From NCBI GenBank assembly GCA_039000415.1, contig JAWBTN010000001.1:1-29327 (forward strand): a stretch of 29,327 nt of DNA. The letters are read 5' to 3'. Position numbers and translations under genes: made by a program. Origin of the DNA: Candidatus Aenigmatarchaeota archaeon (GTDB lineage: Archaea; Aenigmatarchaeota; Aenigmatarchaeia; CG10238-14; SCSR01). The notes beneath the pieces are model-generated. The model had not been told where the DNA came from, ran no database searches, and saw only the letters and a program-made list of their open reading frames with translations. Numbering within the stretch: the stretch's first letter is position 1; each line of letters opens with the position of its first letter. Shown in pieces: positions 1 to 7,898 of this stretch.

Positions 1-1331
1 TATTCAACGCTTCTCTTCACATCAGCAAAAAGTTTTTCCACATAAACAACATGCTCTTTCTTTATTTCTCCCTCCTTTTTATCTTTCGCGACTTCAAAAG
101 CTGGAGCTATAAGTTGAATAGCATACCTCAAGCTACTGGCCAAACCAATTTCAGTTAGATATTCCAAAGCTTCTTCCGATATCTTTATCTTTTCAGATTT
201 TGCCCTTATTTCGATTATCTTCCTTATTTCATCTTTACTGTAAGGCTTGGTGTTTATTATCAACAACCTATCGATTAAATCTAAAGGCATACCATGTGGA
301 GCTTTGATATCGGTGCCTCTTATGGTAGAAAATCCCCTGTTCGTGGCGAATATTATTATTGGCGCTAACTCTTGTTCCAAAGCTCGGTTCAGAAACGCAA
401 AAGTTTCTATGTCTAACATGCTGCATTCATCTATAAACACAACTCCAGGTAACAATTCACACCTTCCTTCTTGTACTAAAGATTTTATATACTCATCAAC
501 TTCTTTCCTCACTTCTGGTTCGATTTCTTTTGATTCCCTTCCACCGAAAAAGAAACTGAAGATGTCTGTCCCAGACCTTGCATTGGCAACATCCAAAGCA
601 TGTAAAGTTACGGGATAAACGAACTCTTTTTCTTTCAAAACTTTTCCTCTAGGTACTGGTACTGGTTTTACAGTTGTCAAGTCAACTTTCTTCTCTTTTG
701 CAGCATCTTCACTCATTCCAACCTTAACGAGCCTCCCGCCTTCAACATCTATTTGTATAACATCTCCCGTTTCAACATTTTGTTGTATTAATTGAATCGC
801 AAAACTTTGATCCATAGTAAGCTTCTTACTTTCATCTTTAGTGGCTATTTTTATGGTTGCACCAACAGGAATTTGTTGGTAAGGATTGTACGGATGTTGA
901 GCTTTTTCTATAGAAATTTCTTTTACTTCACCTTCGTAAATCTTCCTGACTTCATGAATCCTTGCTCCAATAGCTTTCCTCAAGGCTTGAGTTAAGAATT
1001 CGGTTTTTTTCATTTCAGTTGAAAAAATTTCACTTGCGGCTAAATGAACGAACGGAACATCTCTACCAAGTTCTTTTGCTATCGCTGTAGCTAGCGCTGT
1101 CTTCCCTGTGCCGGGAGGACCTGCTAAGAGTATAGCTCTACCAGCGAATTTACCTTCTTTTATCAGTCTTACTATCAAGCCTGCTGCTTCCCTAGCTTCA
1201 ACTTGACCTACCATCCCATCAGCTACTAGTTTCGCTTTTAAGCCATCCAAACCCAGACCTTGAATGTGAGAATGTGCAGCGATTCTTTCCCAATCACGCA
1301 GAGATTCAGATATCTCCCGAATCTCTGCCAT
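1..1331 (-). CDS. tip49: TIP49/RuvB-like AAA+ ATPase (RUVBL1/2 homolog); C-terminus runs off the window
   Basis: Hand-translated, not in ORF track: MAEIREISESLRDWERIAAHSHIQGLGLDG, Walker A GPPGTGKT, Walker B VFIDECSML, sensor I ATNRG, PHGMPLDLIDRLLII, SLRYA. AGGTGA SD at 1337-1342. Frame stays open to the left edge (VKRSVE). Confidence 0.96.
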   Translation of the reverse strand, partial: MAEIREISESLRDWERIAAHSHIQGLGLDGLKAKLVADGMVGQVEAREAAGLIVRLIKEGKFAGRAILLAGPPGTGKTALATAIAKELGRDVPFVHLAASEIFSTEMKKTEFLTQALRKAIGARIHEVRKIYEGEVKEISIEKAQHPYNPYQQIPVGATIKIATKDESKKLTMDQSFAIQLIQQNVETGDVIQIDVEGGRLVKVGMSEDAAKEKKVDLTTVKPVPVPRGKVLKEKEFVYPVTLHALDVANARSGTDIFSFFFGGRESKEIEPEVRKEVDEYIKSLVQEGRCELLPGVVFIDECSMLDIETFAFLNRALEQELAPIIIFATNRGFSTIRGTDIKAPHGMPLDLIDRLLIINTKPYSKDEIRKIIEIRAKSEKIKISEEALEYLTEIGLASSLRYAIQLIAPAFEVAKDKKEGEIKKEHVVYVEKLFADVKRSVE

Positions 1332-1336
1332 TGAAA

Positions 1337-1951
1337 TCACCTTTCAATCTCTATTTCTAGAACACCATTTTTAAATTTTTTGTTTGTAATTGAAGCATTT
1401 TTTTGTATTGGAATAAGAGTGAAATATGCTTTATCTTTACCAAAAGCTCTAACTTCCAAACTTTGTTCAAGTTTCTTTATGTTTATATCTTCTTCACTTT
1501 TAACGTCTGGCAATTTAATGGATATTATTTGTTTGTTTCCAACAGTTTTTACCTCAGTTTCGGCCTCTTCAGTAATCCTTTGAACTTTTTTTGTTTCCTC
1601 TTCTTCAACTTCTTCGACAGTAGGTTTTAAACCGAATTTTCTCTTTAACTCAGGCTCGAGTTTCTTGTATTCACCAGAAGTCTTGATTTCGACTTTTGGT
1701 TCCATCCCACTACCACTCCTTATCACTATGCTTATACCACCAGACCTCACAGGCTTCATCTTCAAACTCGACAAACTCAGCGGCTTGAATATTTTGTCCA
1801 TCTTCTCGAATTCCTTTTCCACTTCTTCCAACAAACTTCCGAAAGGTGTGAATAATTCCCTTTCTCTTAATTCTTCACCACAAAAAGGGCAAAACTCCCA
1901 TTCTCCTTTAACTTTTTTTCCACAACTAGGACATTTTTTCTTATCAAACAT
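1337..1951 (-). CDS. Zinc-ribbon (CPSC-x10-CPFC) plus C-terminal Hsp20/alpha-crystallin/CS-like domain protein
   Basis: N-terminal CPSCGKKVKGEWEFCPFCG; C-terminal IKLPDVKSEEDI...LEVRA...KFKNGVLEIEI fits the Hsp20-like beta-sandwich. Start moved to ATG 1951, since the track start overlaps PCNA. Confidence 0.8.
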   Translation of the reverse strand: MFDKKKCPSCGKKVKGEWEFCPFCGEELRERELFTPFGSLLEEVEKEFEKMDKIFKPLSLSSLKMKPVRSGGISIVIRSGSGMEPKVEIKTSGEYKKLEPELKRKFGLKPTVEEVEEEETKKVQRITEEAETEVKTVGNKQIISIKLPDVKSEEDINIKKLEQSLEVRAFGKDKAYFTLIPIQKNASITNKKFKNGVLEIEIER

Positions 1952-1967
1952 CAAACCAACTCTGAAT

Positions 1968-2717
1968 TCATTCTTCTTCAACTCTAGGAGCCAAAACGAA
2001 ATCGAGATTCAACTTATCTTCAACTTTAAAGCTTAATTTTATGGGATAGTCTTGAGACCATTCAAGTTTAACTCTATCACAAAGCTTCGCAGCTTTCAAC
2101 ATTTTTTCCAAGTAATCAAGGGGATATCTTGCCTTTACACTACCACTTACCTTTAAATCAAGTAAAGAAGCATTCCCTTTTTCCAATTCAAGCTGGGTTG
2201 AGCTTATGTCTCCTTCAGCCCTCATAACGAATCTAGAAGGTGAAGCTTCGAAAACAACAGAATCGGCAACAACACCGGCATCTTCTATACCAGATTCGAG
2301 CACGTCTGAGCTAACTTCAGCTCTTGTCGTGAATTCCAATTGATCTATTCTTGGTACTTCTTCTTGACTTATCTCAAGCAAAGGTAAAACGAACCTTCTT
2401 TTGCTAGAATTCTCCAATATTATTTCCAACTTAGAATCTTGTAAAACAAAAGTTGCTCTATCCTTTGAACTAGCCCTCTTCAATACGGATAAAAAGTTTG
2501 AGATGTCAAGTCCGATTGATTGTTCTTCATCAACTTCATACTTCTCAAAAGCTGAAGATGATATCTTGAAGTCTACTGCAGCAACCATTGCTCTATCCGA
2601 AGCCAACAAGCTTATACCATCTTTGGATATCTTGAAAACACCTTCATCTATCAATTCAGCTATGGTTGATATCGCTGTGGTGAGAAGGTTCACATCTTTA
2701 ATAGTTGCTTTAAACAT
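1968..2717 (-). CDS. pcn: PCNA sliding clamp
   Basis: 249 aa; IAELIDEGVFKISKDGISLLASDRAMVAAVDF, ARYPLDYL, DYPIKLSF, DFVLAPRVEEE; GGAGGG SD. Confidence 0.97.
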   Translation of the reverse strand: MFKATIKDVNLLTTAISTIAELIDEGVFKISKDGISLLASDRAMVAAVDFKISSSAFEKYEVDEEQSIGLDISNFLSVLKRASSKDRATFVLQDSKLEIILENSSKRRFVLPLLEISQEEVPRIDQLEFTTRAEVSSDVLESGIEDAGVVADSVVFEASPSRFVMRAEGDISSTQLELEKGNASLLDLKVSGSVKARYPLDYLEKMLKAAKLCDRVKLEWSQDYPIKLSFKVEDKLNLDFVLAPRVEEE

Positions 2718-3006
2718 ACAAACCCTCCTTCTTATATAATTCTTCTACCTTCTTAAATAAATTTAAATCAAATCCTTTTAAATTTTGCACAAATTCACAT
2801 TTAAGCGTGCCGTTCAATTGAGAACAAAAAACTCTCACCAAATCATCTTTTTTCACACCTTCGTTTGAAAAAATTTCTATCCTTCCTGTTTCATCTTCTA
2901 ACAAAAAAGAATTTTCAAAAACTTCCACTACCTTTCCTATCAGAGCTATTCTTGAATCTGTTTTCGATATCGAAGAAATTTTTCTAGGTTGGTAATGTTC
3001 TGTCAC
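2710..3006 (-). CDS. rpa3: Single OB-fold protein, RPA small subunit (RPA14/Rpa3-like)
   Basis: RKISSISKTDSRIALIGKV...LEDETG...VRVF...QNLKGFDL resembles Thermococcales RPA14 (RKISEI...RVSLIGRV...LDDGTG, recalled). Adjacent to PCNA. Confidence 0.75.
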   Translation of the reverse strand: MTEHYQPRKISSISKTDSRIALIGKVVEVFENSFLLEDETGRIEIFSNEGVKKDDLVRVFCSQLNGTLKCEFVQNLKGFDLNLFKKVEELYKKEGLYV

Positions 3007-3045
3007 GTCTTTAAATTAAAAGAATGATAGATAAATATTTTATCT

Positions 3046-3369
3046 TCATCCGTAAGAACGCCAACTGTAGCCACATTTCTTGCATTTGTAAAACATCGTT
3101 GGTGGCTCATCCGCAGCTCTAGTTTGTTGCATCCACCAGTATGCTTCCATATTCTCACACTTTGGGCACATTATCTTCGTGGTCGGTAATTCACTGACAA
3201 CATCATCTTTGCCCATGACTATCACTTCTCTTTTCTTTTCCACAATTTTTCCGACTATCTCGACTTTTTCCTTAGATTTTACTCTTGTGCTACACTTTCT
3301 GCACACTAAGTAACCTTTTTTCTTTTTGTCTGCTACCATCAAATTTCCACACTTTGGGCAAAACATCAA
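3046..3369 (-). CDS. tfs: Transcription factor S (TFS/RpoM family)
   Basis: Two zinc ribbons (FCPKCG..CRKC; CPKC..CKKC) and QTRAADEPPT with the acidic DE pair intact. Confidence 0.97.
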   Translation of the reverse strand: MMFCPKCGNLMVADKKKKGYLVCRKCSTRVKSKEKVEIVGKIVEKKREVIVMGKDDVVSELPTTKIMCPKCENMEAYWWMQQTRAADEPPTMFYKCKKCGYSWRSYG

Positions 3370-4031
3370 ATTCCTCCGAATATCCAGTGAAATATAACTT
3401 TAAAATATCCTAATTTTGGAATAATAAAGATTACCTTTCCTTTTATTTGTTCTTTTTTAACGGAATACTCAAAAGGAAGTAGAGCCGGATTATGATCACC
3501 TTTTGTCATGTAAGTTCCATCATCGTTTATCTTTATTATCCTATGGATCACAGGAATGTTTTGTCCTGGAACTTCATAAACTACAACATCCCCGACTTCA
3601 TACTTTTCACTGCCTTGAACGATAGGCAAATCACCCACATCGAACCCATTTTTTATAGGCCAAGAATCTACGAAACTTCTGTTGTATCCCAAGTTTTCTT
3701 CCAACCACTTGTAATGGTTGATTTCAGTGAATTCGTCGTGGCGCATGGAAGAAGAGAGAACTGAAACTGCTGGATATTCTGTAGCGAGAGCTAAACTCAG
3801 TAAAGCTTTTGTGAAAAGGGCTGCAAAAGCACCACCTATTATGTAAGGTAACACGGATTCTTGCTTGAAAAGGTAGAGGAGGAGGATCCCAACGATTATT
3901 AAAACATAAGCTGTAATACTGGTAACGGAAAAAAACTGTAGCAAGAGGAGCGATAGAGCTATGTATATGAAAATCCCGTATTTTTTCTCAATTCTTTTCC
4001 ATTTTCTCTTAAGCTCTTCCACTACTCTCAC
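3366..4031 (-). CDS. sec11: Signal peptidase I, archaeal/Sec11 type (S26B)
   Basis: N-terminal hydrophobic segments, catalytic SSSM, VGDVVVY, PVIHRI, TKGDHN, IKGKVIFIIPKLGY. Confidence 0.92.
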   Translation of the reverse strand: MRVVEELKRKWKRIEKKYGIFIYIALSLLLLQFFSVTSITAYVLIIVGILLLYLFKQESVLPYIIGGAFAALFTKALLSLALATEYPAVSVLSSSMRHDEFTEINHYKWLEENLGYNRSFVDSWPIKNGFDVGDLPIVQGSEKYEVGDVVVYEVPGQNIPVIHRIIKINDDGTYMTKGDHNPALLPFEYSVKKEQIKGKVIFIIPKLGYFKVIFHWIFGGI

Positions 4032-4590
4032 CTTTCACTATACCTGTAGCTATTATATGTGCTATCCTGAGAGGTTCGGGTATGTAGCTTCTCGTACAAC
4101 TAAGCTTTATCACCTCTCTCGCAACACCATCTTCAATTCCAACATTCTGATAATAGATTTTCTTAAAGTCTTTTACGAAACACTCTTTTATGGGACCTGC
4201 ATTTTTTACAGCTTCCCATCTTTTATCAAAATCTTCGAATCTCTTCAACGCATTTTTCACCTTGGCTATATCTGGAATTTTCCTGTTTATAACTATCACT
4301 GGAAGTTTACTCTTTTCAAAAATTTCTTTTATGTCAATCATGTTGAATCCAGCCATCGTTATACCATCGAACATCACGATTTTCAACTGTTGTTTATGAC
4401 GTGAAGAATTTATGAGTTGAATTATTTTTTCTGTAGCATCGTTTCCATCAACTTTAACTTCAGTTTTGAGTAAGCCGTCTAAGAACTTTCCACCACGAAA
4501 TATTACACCTATCACCGGTACCAATTCCCCACTTCTGGGCGTAAAAGCACCATCATCGAAGCCCAATATCCTTATTTCAGGTTTTAGCAT
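4009..4590 (-). CDS. DUF99/UPF0215 family protein (endonuclease V-like/endonuclease dU)
   Basis: MLKPEIRILGFDDGAF, VIGVIFRGG, DGNDAT, DGITMAGFN, IPEPLRIAHIIA. Likely start is ATG 4590. Confidence 0.88.
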   Translation of the reverse strand: MLKPEIRILGFDDGAFTPRSGELVPVIGVIFRGGKFLDGLLKTEVKVDGNDATEKIIQLINSSRHKQQLKIVMFDGITMAGFNMIDIKEIFEKSKLPVIVINRKIPDIAKVKNALKRFEDFDKRWEAVKNAGPIKECFVKDFKKIYYQNVGIEDGVAREVIKLSCTRSYIPEPLRIAHIIATGIVKGESSGRA

Positions 4591-4624
4591 ATCGTTCAAG
4601 TAAGAAAGTAGGTGTTCAATGTAT

Positions 4625-4951
4625 TTATACTTTTATTCCTCTTGTAGATTTCTCTTTGATCCTTTTCAAGTTTTTACCTATTCTCTTGCTTAATCTCTCG
4701 AATAACAAATCAAGAGTCGTCGGTATATCCCAACCACTCGCATTTGCAAAGAAAATTTTATCGCTCGCAAATACTTTTGCATGCATCGAATACTTTTTCC
4801 TTCCAGCAGGACTGTGGACATCAACATCTAACTTGAATCTTGTTATTTTCCACCTTTTTCCGAATTTCTCTAAAAATTTTTTCACTTCTTCTTCGATCTC
4901 AAACTTTTCAGGTACTTCAGCATGTGAAATTTCAACTTGGATCCCAACCAT
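4625..4951 (-). CDS. Stand-alone HPF/RaiA-like (S30AE fold) putative ribosome hibernation factor
   Basis: 108 aa, beta-alpha-beta-beta-beta-alpha pattern; GRKKYSMHAKV...FFANASGWDIPTTLDLLFERL with a basic tail resembles the HPF domain of archaeal CBS-HPF fusions. Confidence 0.7.
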   Translation of the reverse strand: MVGIQVEISHAEVPEKFEIEEEVKKFLEKFGKRWKITRFKLDVDVHSPAGRKKYSMHAKVFASDKIFFANASGWDIPTTLDLLFERLSKRIGKNLKRIKEKSTRGIKV

Positions 4952-5025
4952 AAAAAAATTTAAATAAAACTTGCTTAAAAAGTTGAAGCTTAAATTTTTA
5001 TAGAAATAAAACTAAAAGAGATTTC

Positions 5026-5196
5026 ATGGTGAAGAAAGTATTCCCAGAAGCCATGAGTAGACTTTTTTCCAGAGTTTTTGTTTGCAGGGTTTGTAAAGCT
5101 AAGATAAGGGCAGATCCTGCTAAAGTTAGGGAAGGTAAAGTTAAATGTAGGAGATGTGGTTCTAAAGCTTTGAGACCGAAGAGAAGGCCTTTGTGA
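5026..5196 (+). CDS. rpl40e: Ribosomal protein L40e (eL40)
   Basis: Hand-translated 56 aa, below the track cut-off: MVKKVFPEAMSRLFSRVFVCRVCKAKIRADPAKVREGKVKCRRCGSKALRPKRRPL. FPEA..RL, two CxxC and LRPK are L40e hallmarks. Confidence 0.9.
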   Translation: MVKKVFPEAMSRLFSRVFVCRVCKAKIRADPAKVREGKVKCRRCGSKALRPKRRPL

Positions 5197-5200
5197 TGTT

Positions 5201-5440
5201 ATGGAAATAAGGTACATAACCACAAGGGATCTCAAGAATTCTTCCGGTGAAGTTAAAGGTAGGATAAGGGTCATAGTTTTGAAAGGTGAAAATGAAGCTG
5301 AAATAGATTTAACTTGTCCAGAATGTGGTTATATTCAGAAGAAAAAACAAGAATTCAAGATGCCTTTGAATGTCGAGTGTGAAAAATGTAAATTCAAGAT
5401 AAAATTGGAAAGTTTGAGGAAAGAGATAAAGAAGAAATAA
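5201..5440 (+). CDS. Small putative zinc-binding protein (CPEC-x17-CEKC), function unknown
   Basis: 79-aa ORF starting 4 nt after the L40e stop, two CxxC motifs, fills the gap before the primase. Confidence 0.75.
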   Translation: MEIRYITTRDLKNSSGEVKGRIRVIVLKGENEAEIDLTCPECGYIQKKKQEFKMPLNVECEKCKFKIKLESLRKEIKKK

Positions 5441-5483
5441 AAATTTATTTTTAGAATTATTTGTTGAGAAGCTTTAGCTTCTC

Positions 5484-6806
5484 ATGATCGATATGACGGA
5501 ATTTCAAAGAGTTTGGAATTGGTATTCTAGGGAAAGTGTTTTAAAAGCTATATTAGAAGTTGCGAAGAATAGGGAAGTTGTAGCAGTTTACAAAGATGGT
5601 ATTTTCGGTAGAAGGCCGGATATGCTTCAATACATTCAAGATATCCTACAATCTGTGGCCAAAGGTGCTATAGCTTTTCACGGATCGTTGGAGAGATGGC
5701 AACAACCGATGAAGCTGGATGTAGGTTTGAATAGAAGTCAGCTGGATGCTGTTAGGATTGGTTGGGATGTTTTGTTCGATGTAGATGTAGATGATTTTGA
5801 GATTGCGAAAATAGCTGTTAAACAAATCATAGAAGCTTTGAAAGATCATGGTGTTGTTAGTTATAGCGTGAAATTTACTGGTGGTTCTTCTTTCCATATT
5901 GGAATACCCTTCGAGTCTTTACCAGAAAAGATAAACGCCCAACCAACTTCAGTTCAGTACCCAGAACTACTTCACAAGATAATAGAGTATGTGAAGTGGT
6001 ACATCAAAGATAACGTGAAAGAGGAAATTTCTCGTTTGTTCAAACCAGAAGAAATAGCTAGTAAAGTGGGTAAGGGTGTTAAGGAAATAACTGAAAACAA
6101 CGAAATAGATCCTTTCAAAGTTATAACGATAGATGTTTTTGGTTCAAGACATCTCTTCAGACTTCCTTACAGCTTACATGAAAAAACTTTGAACGTAAGC
6201 TTACCGATAAAACCTGAAAGGGTGGATAAATTCGATATTCAAGAAGCTTTACCAGAAAAAGCTAAAGTGGAAGAGAAATTTCTGGTCCCGAAGAGTGTTT
6301 TACATGATGCTGAAGCTCTAGTGATAGAAGCACTGGATTGGAGTGCAAAGCATTTAGTTGAAAAAGAGGAGGAAATACCGAAAATAGTTATTAAGAAGAG
6401 GAGAGTTAAAGTTGTTCCTGAAGAATTCTTCCCACCTTGTGTGAAAAAAATACTTCGTGGTTTAAGCGATGGGAGGAAAAGGAGCTTGTTCATTTTGATT
6501 AATTTCTTGAGGAACATGGGTTGGACTCTGGATAAGATAGAGAGTAAAGTGATGGAGTGGAACTCAAAGAACGTATTACCTTTAAGGAATACTTACGTGA
6601 GAACTCAGCTGAGATGGCACTTCAGACAAGAGAGAAATTTACTCCCACCAAATTGTGATAACGAGAATTTTTACAGAGATATTGGGTTATGTGAACCAGA
6701 TGAAATTTGTACGGATGGAGATAAAATAGTCGTGAAAAATCCTGTTAATTATCCTTTGAAGAAACTTAAGGCAAAGAAGAGGAAAAAGAAGAGGAAGAAA
6801 GTTTAA
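5484..6806 (+). CDS. priSL: Fused DNA primase PriS-PriL (DPANN type)
   Basis: AEP motifs WDVLFDVDVDD, FTGGSSFHIG, ID..GSRHLFRLPYSLH; C-terminal PriL Fe-S domain FFPPC..GLSDGRKR..PPNC..GLC..EIC..KNPVNY. Confidence 0.92.
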   Translation: MIDMTEFQRVWNWYSRESVLKAILEVAKNREVVAVYKDGIFGRRPDMLQYIQDILQSVAKGAIAFHGSLERWQQPMKLDVGLNRSQLDAVRIGWDVLFDVDVDDFEIAKIAVKQIIEALKDHGVVSYSVKFTGGSSFHIGIPFESLPEKINAQPTSVQYPELLHKIIEYVKWYIKDNVKEEISRLFKPEEIASKVGKGVKEITENNEIDPFKVITIDVFGSRHLFRLPYSLHEKTLNVSLPIKPERVDKFDIQEALPEKAKVEEKFLVPKSVLHDAEALVIEALDWSAKHLVEKEEEIPKIVIKKRRVKVVPEEFFPPCVKKILRGLSDGRKRSLFILINFLRNMGWTLDKIESKVMEWNSKNVLPLRNTYVRTQLRWHFRQERNLLPPNCDNENFYRDIGLCEPDEICTDGDKIVVKNPVNYPLKKLKAKKRKKKRKKV

Positions 6807-6842
6807 AGTTTATATATTCTTGCATAATTTTAAAATGGGAGT

Positions 6843-7385
6843 ATGGTAGAAGAAACTATAACTTTTGAGCTGATAAGGAAAATTCAAAGAGAAGAAGAGA
6901 GTTCACCAAAACTTTCTAAACTTCCGGAAAATTTTTATCAAAACGTCAAGAATTATTTGCAACAGAAGAGGAAGATTCTCGAGAAAATGGATGATAAGAA
7001 GATTTCGGTCGAAGTGAAGAATATAGAGAGGTTGGTTGAAGATATATTCAACAGAAGGGAGAGGAAAATAGTAACACAAGCAATAAATTGTGCTAGGGTT
7101 AACTTGAGTGTTGAAAATTTAACGAAAGAAGAAGAAGAATTTTTCGAGAAAGTAAAAATTTTGATAAAAGAGAGGAGGGAAAAAATATTGAGAGATTTGT
7201 TGGAAAAAACCGAGGAGAAAAAAATCCTCTTGATTATTTTCAAAGAACCTGTTCCCGAGTTCGTAGGCGTGGACATGAACACCTATGGTCCTTTCGGAAA
7301 GGGTGATATAGCGAAGATACCAGAAGAAAACGCAAGGATTTTGATAGAAAAGGGGTTGGCCGAAGAGTTCAAGGTTAGTGTTTGA
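6843..7385 (+). CDS. gins51: GINS subunit (Gins15/Gins51 type)
   Basis: A-domain KLSKLPENFY..RRERKIV..NLTKEE and B-domain VPEFVGVDMNTYGPF..GDIAKIP..NARILIEKG. Canonical position between primase and L44e. Confidence 0.9.
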   Translation: MVEETITFELIRKIQREEESSPKLSKLPENFYQNVKNYLQQKRKILEKMDDKKISVEVKNIERLVEDIFNRRERKIVTQAINCARVNLSVENLTKEEEEFFEKVKILIKERREKILRDLLEKTEEKKILLIIFKEPVPEFVGVDMNTYGPFGKGDIAKIPEENARILIEKGLAEEFKVSV

Positions 7386-7421
7386 AAAAAGTTTAAATTG
7401 ATAGAAGGAGTTAAAAATTTT

Positions 7422-7706
7422 ATGAAATTTCCTAAAGTTGTTAGGACTTATTGTCCCTACTGTAAGAAACATACAGAGCATGAAGTGGAAATAGCGAAGA
7501 GGAGACCAAGAGGTAGCATGAGTCATGGTCAAAGGATTTTCAAGAGGAAGATGAAAGGTTATGGTAGCTTTCCAAAAGAAAATCCAAAAGGTAGGGAAAA
7601 ATTGACCAAAAAAGTTGATTTGAGGTTTAAGTGTAAAGTTTGTGGTAAGATGCATACCAGGGGAGAAGGATGGAGAACTAAAAAACTTGAGCTGGTGAAG
7701 AAATGA
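7422..7706 (+). CDS. rpl44e: Ribosomal protein L44e (eL42)
   Basis: [20 protein letters not shown]...[14 protein letters not shown]. Start at ATG 7422. Confidence 0.97.
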   Translation: MKFPKVVRTYCPYCKKHTEHEVEIAKRRPRGSMSHGQRIFKRKMKGYGSFPKENPKGREKLTKKVDLRFKCKVCGKMHTRGEGWRTKKLELVKK

Positions 7707-7897
7707 GCTCGAAGGACTTGGTAGTTTTACCAAAAAGCAAGTTCTTGAGAGTTCTCTGTCTGAAATGTAAGAATGAGCAAGTGATATTCAACAAGGCTTC
7801 TACAGTTGTAAAATGCTTAAGATGTGGAGAAATATTAGCAGAACCAACTGGAGGAGAAGCAAGGATTAAAGGGAAAGTTCTGGAAAGGTTTGGTTGA
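7703..7897 (+). CDS. rps27e: Ribosomal protein S27e (eS27)
   Basis: [20 protein letters not shown]...[14 protein letters not shown]; ATGA overlap with L44e. Confidence 0.97.
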   Translation: MSSKDLVVLPKSKFLRVLCLKCKNEQVIFNKASTVVKCLRCGEILAEPTGGEARIKGKVLERFG

Positions 7898-7898
7898 T

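Noticed and set aside
247-995. Plus-strand ORFs 247-618 and 792-995
   Set aside because: Antisense shadows of the TIP49 gene, which is clear on the minus strand.
3492-4967. Plus-strand ORFs of 69-147 aa over signal peptidase, DUF99 and the HPF-like gene
   Set aside because: Opposite to well-supported genes; no SD or recognisable motifs.
5201-5440. Possible RNA polymerase subunit Rpo12 (RpoP) or Nop10
   Set aside because: Cys spacing, length and flanking residues do not fit either family as I know them.
6760-6806. A/G-rich low-complexity runs (also at the ApgM N-terminus)
   Set aside because: Explained by Lys/Arg-rich protein termini, not DNA repeats.
7119-7733. 204-aa minus-strand ORF
   Set aside because: Lies antisense to GINS, L44e and S27e; F/L/P-rich shadow of A-rich coding DNA with no motif.
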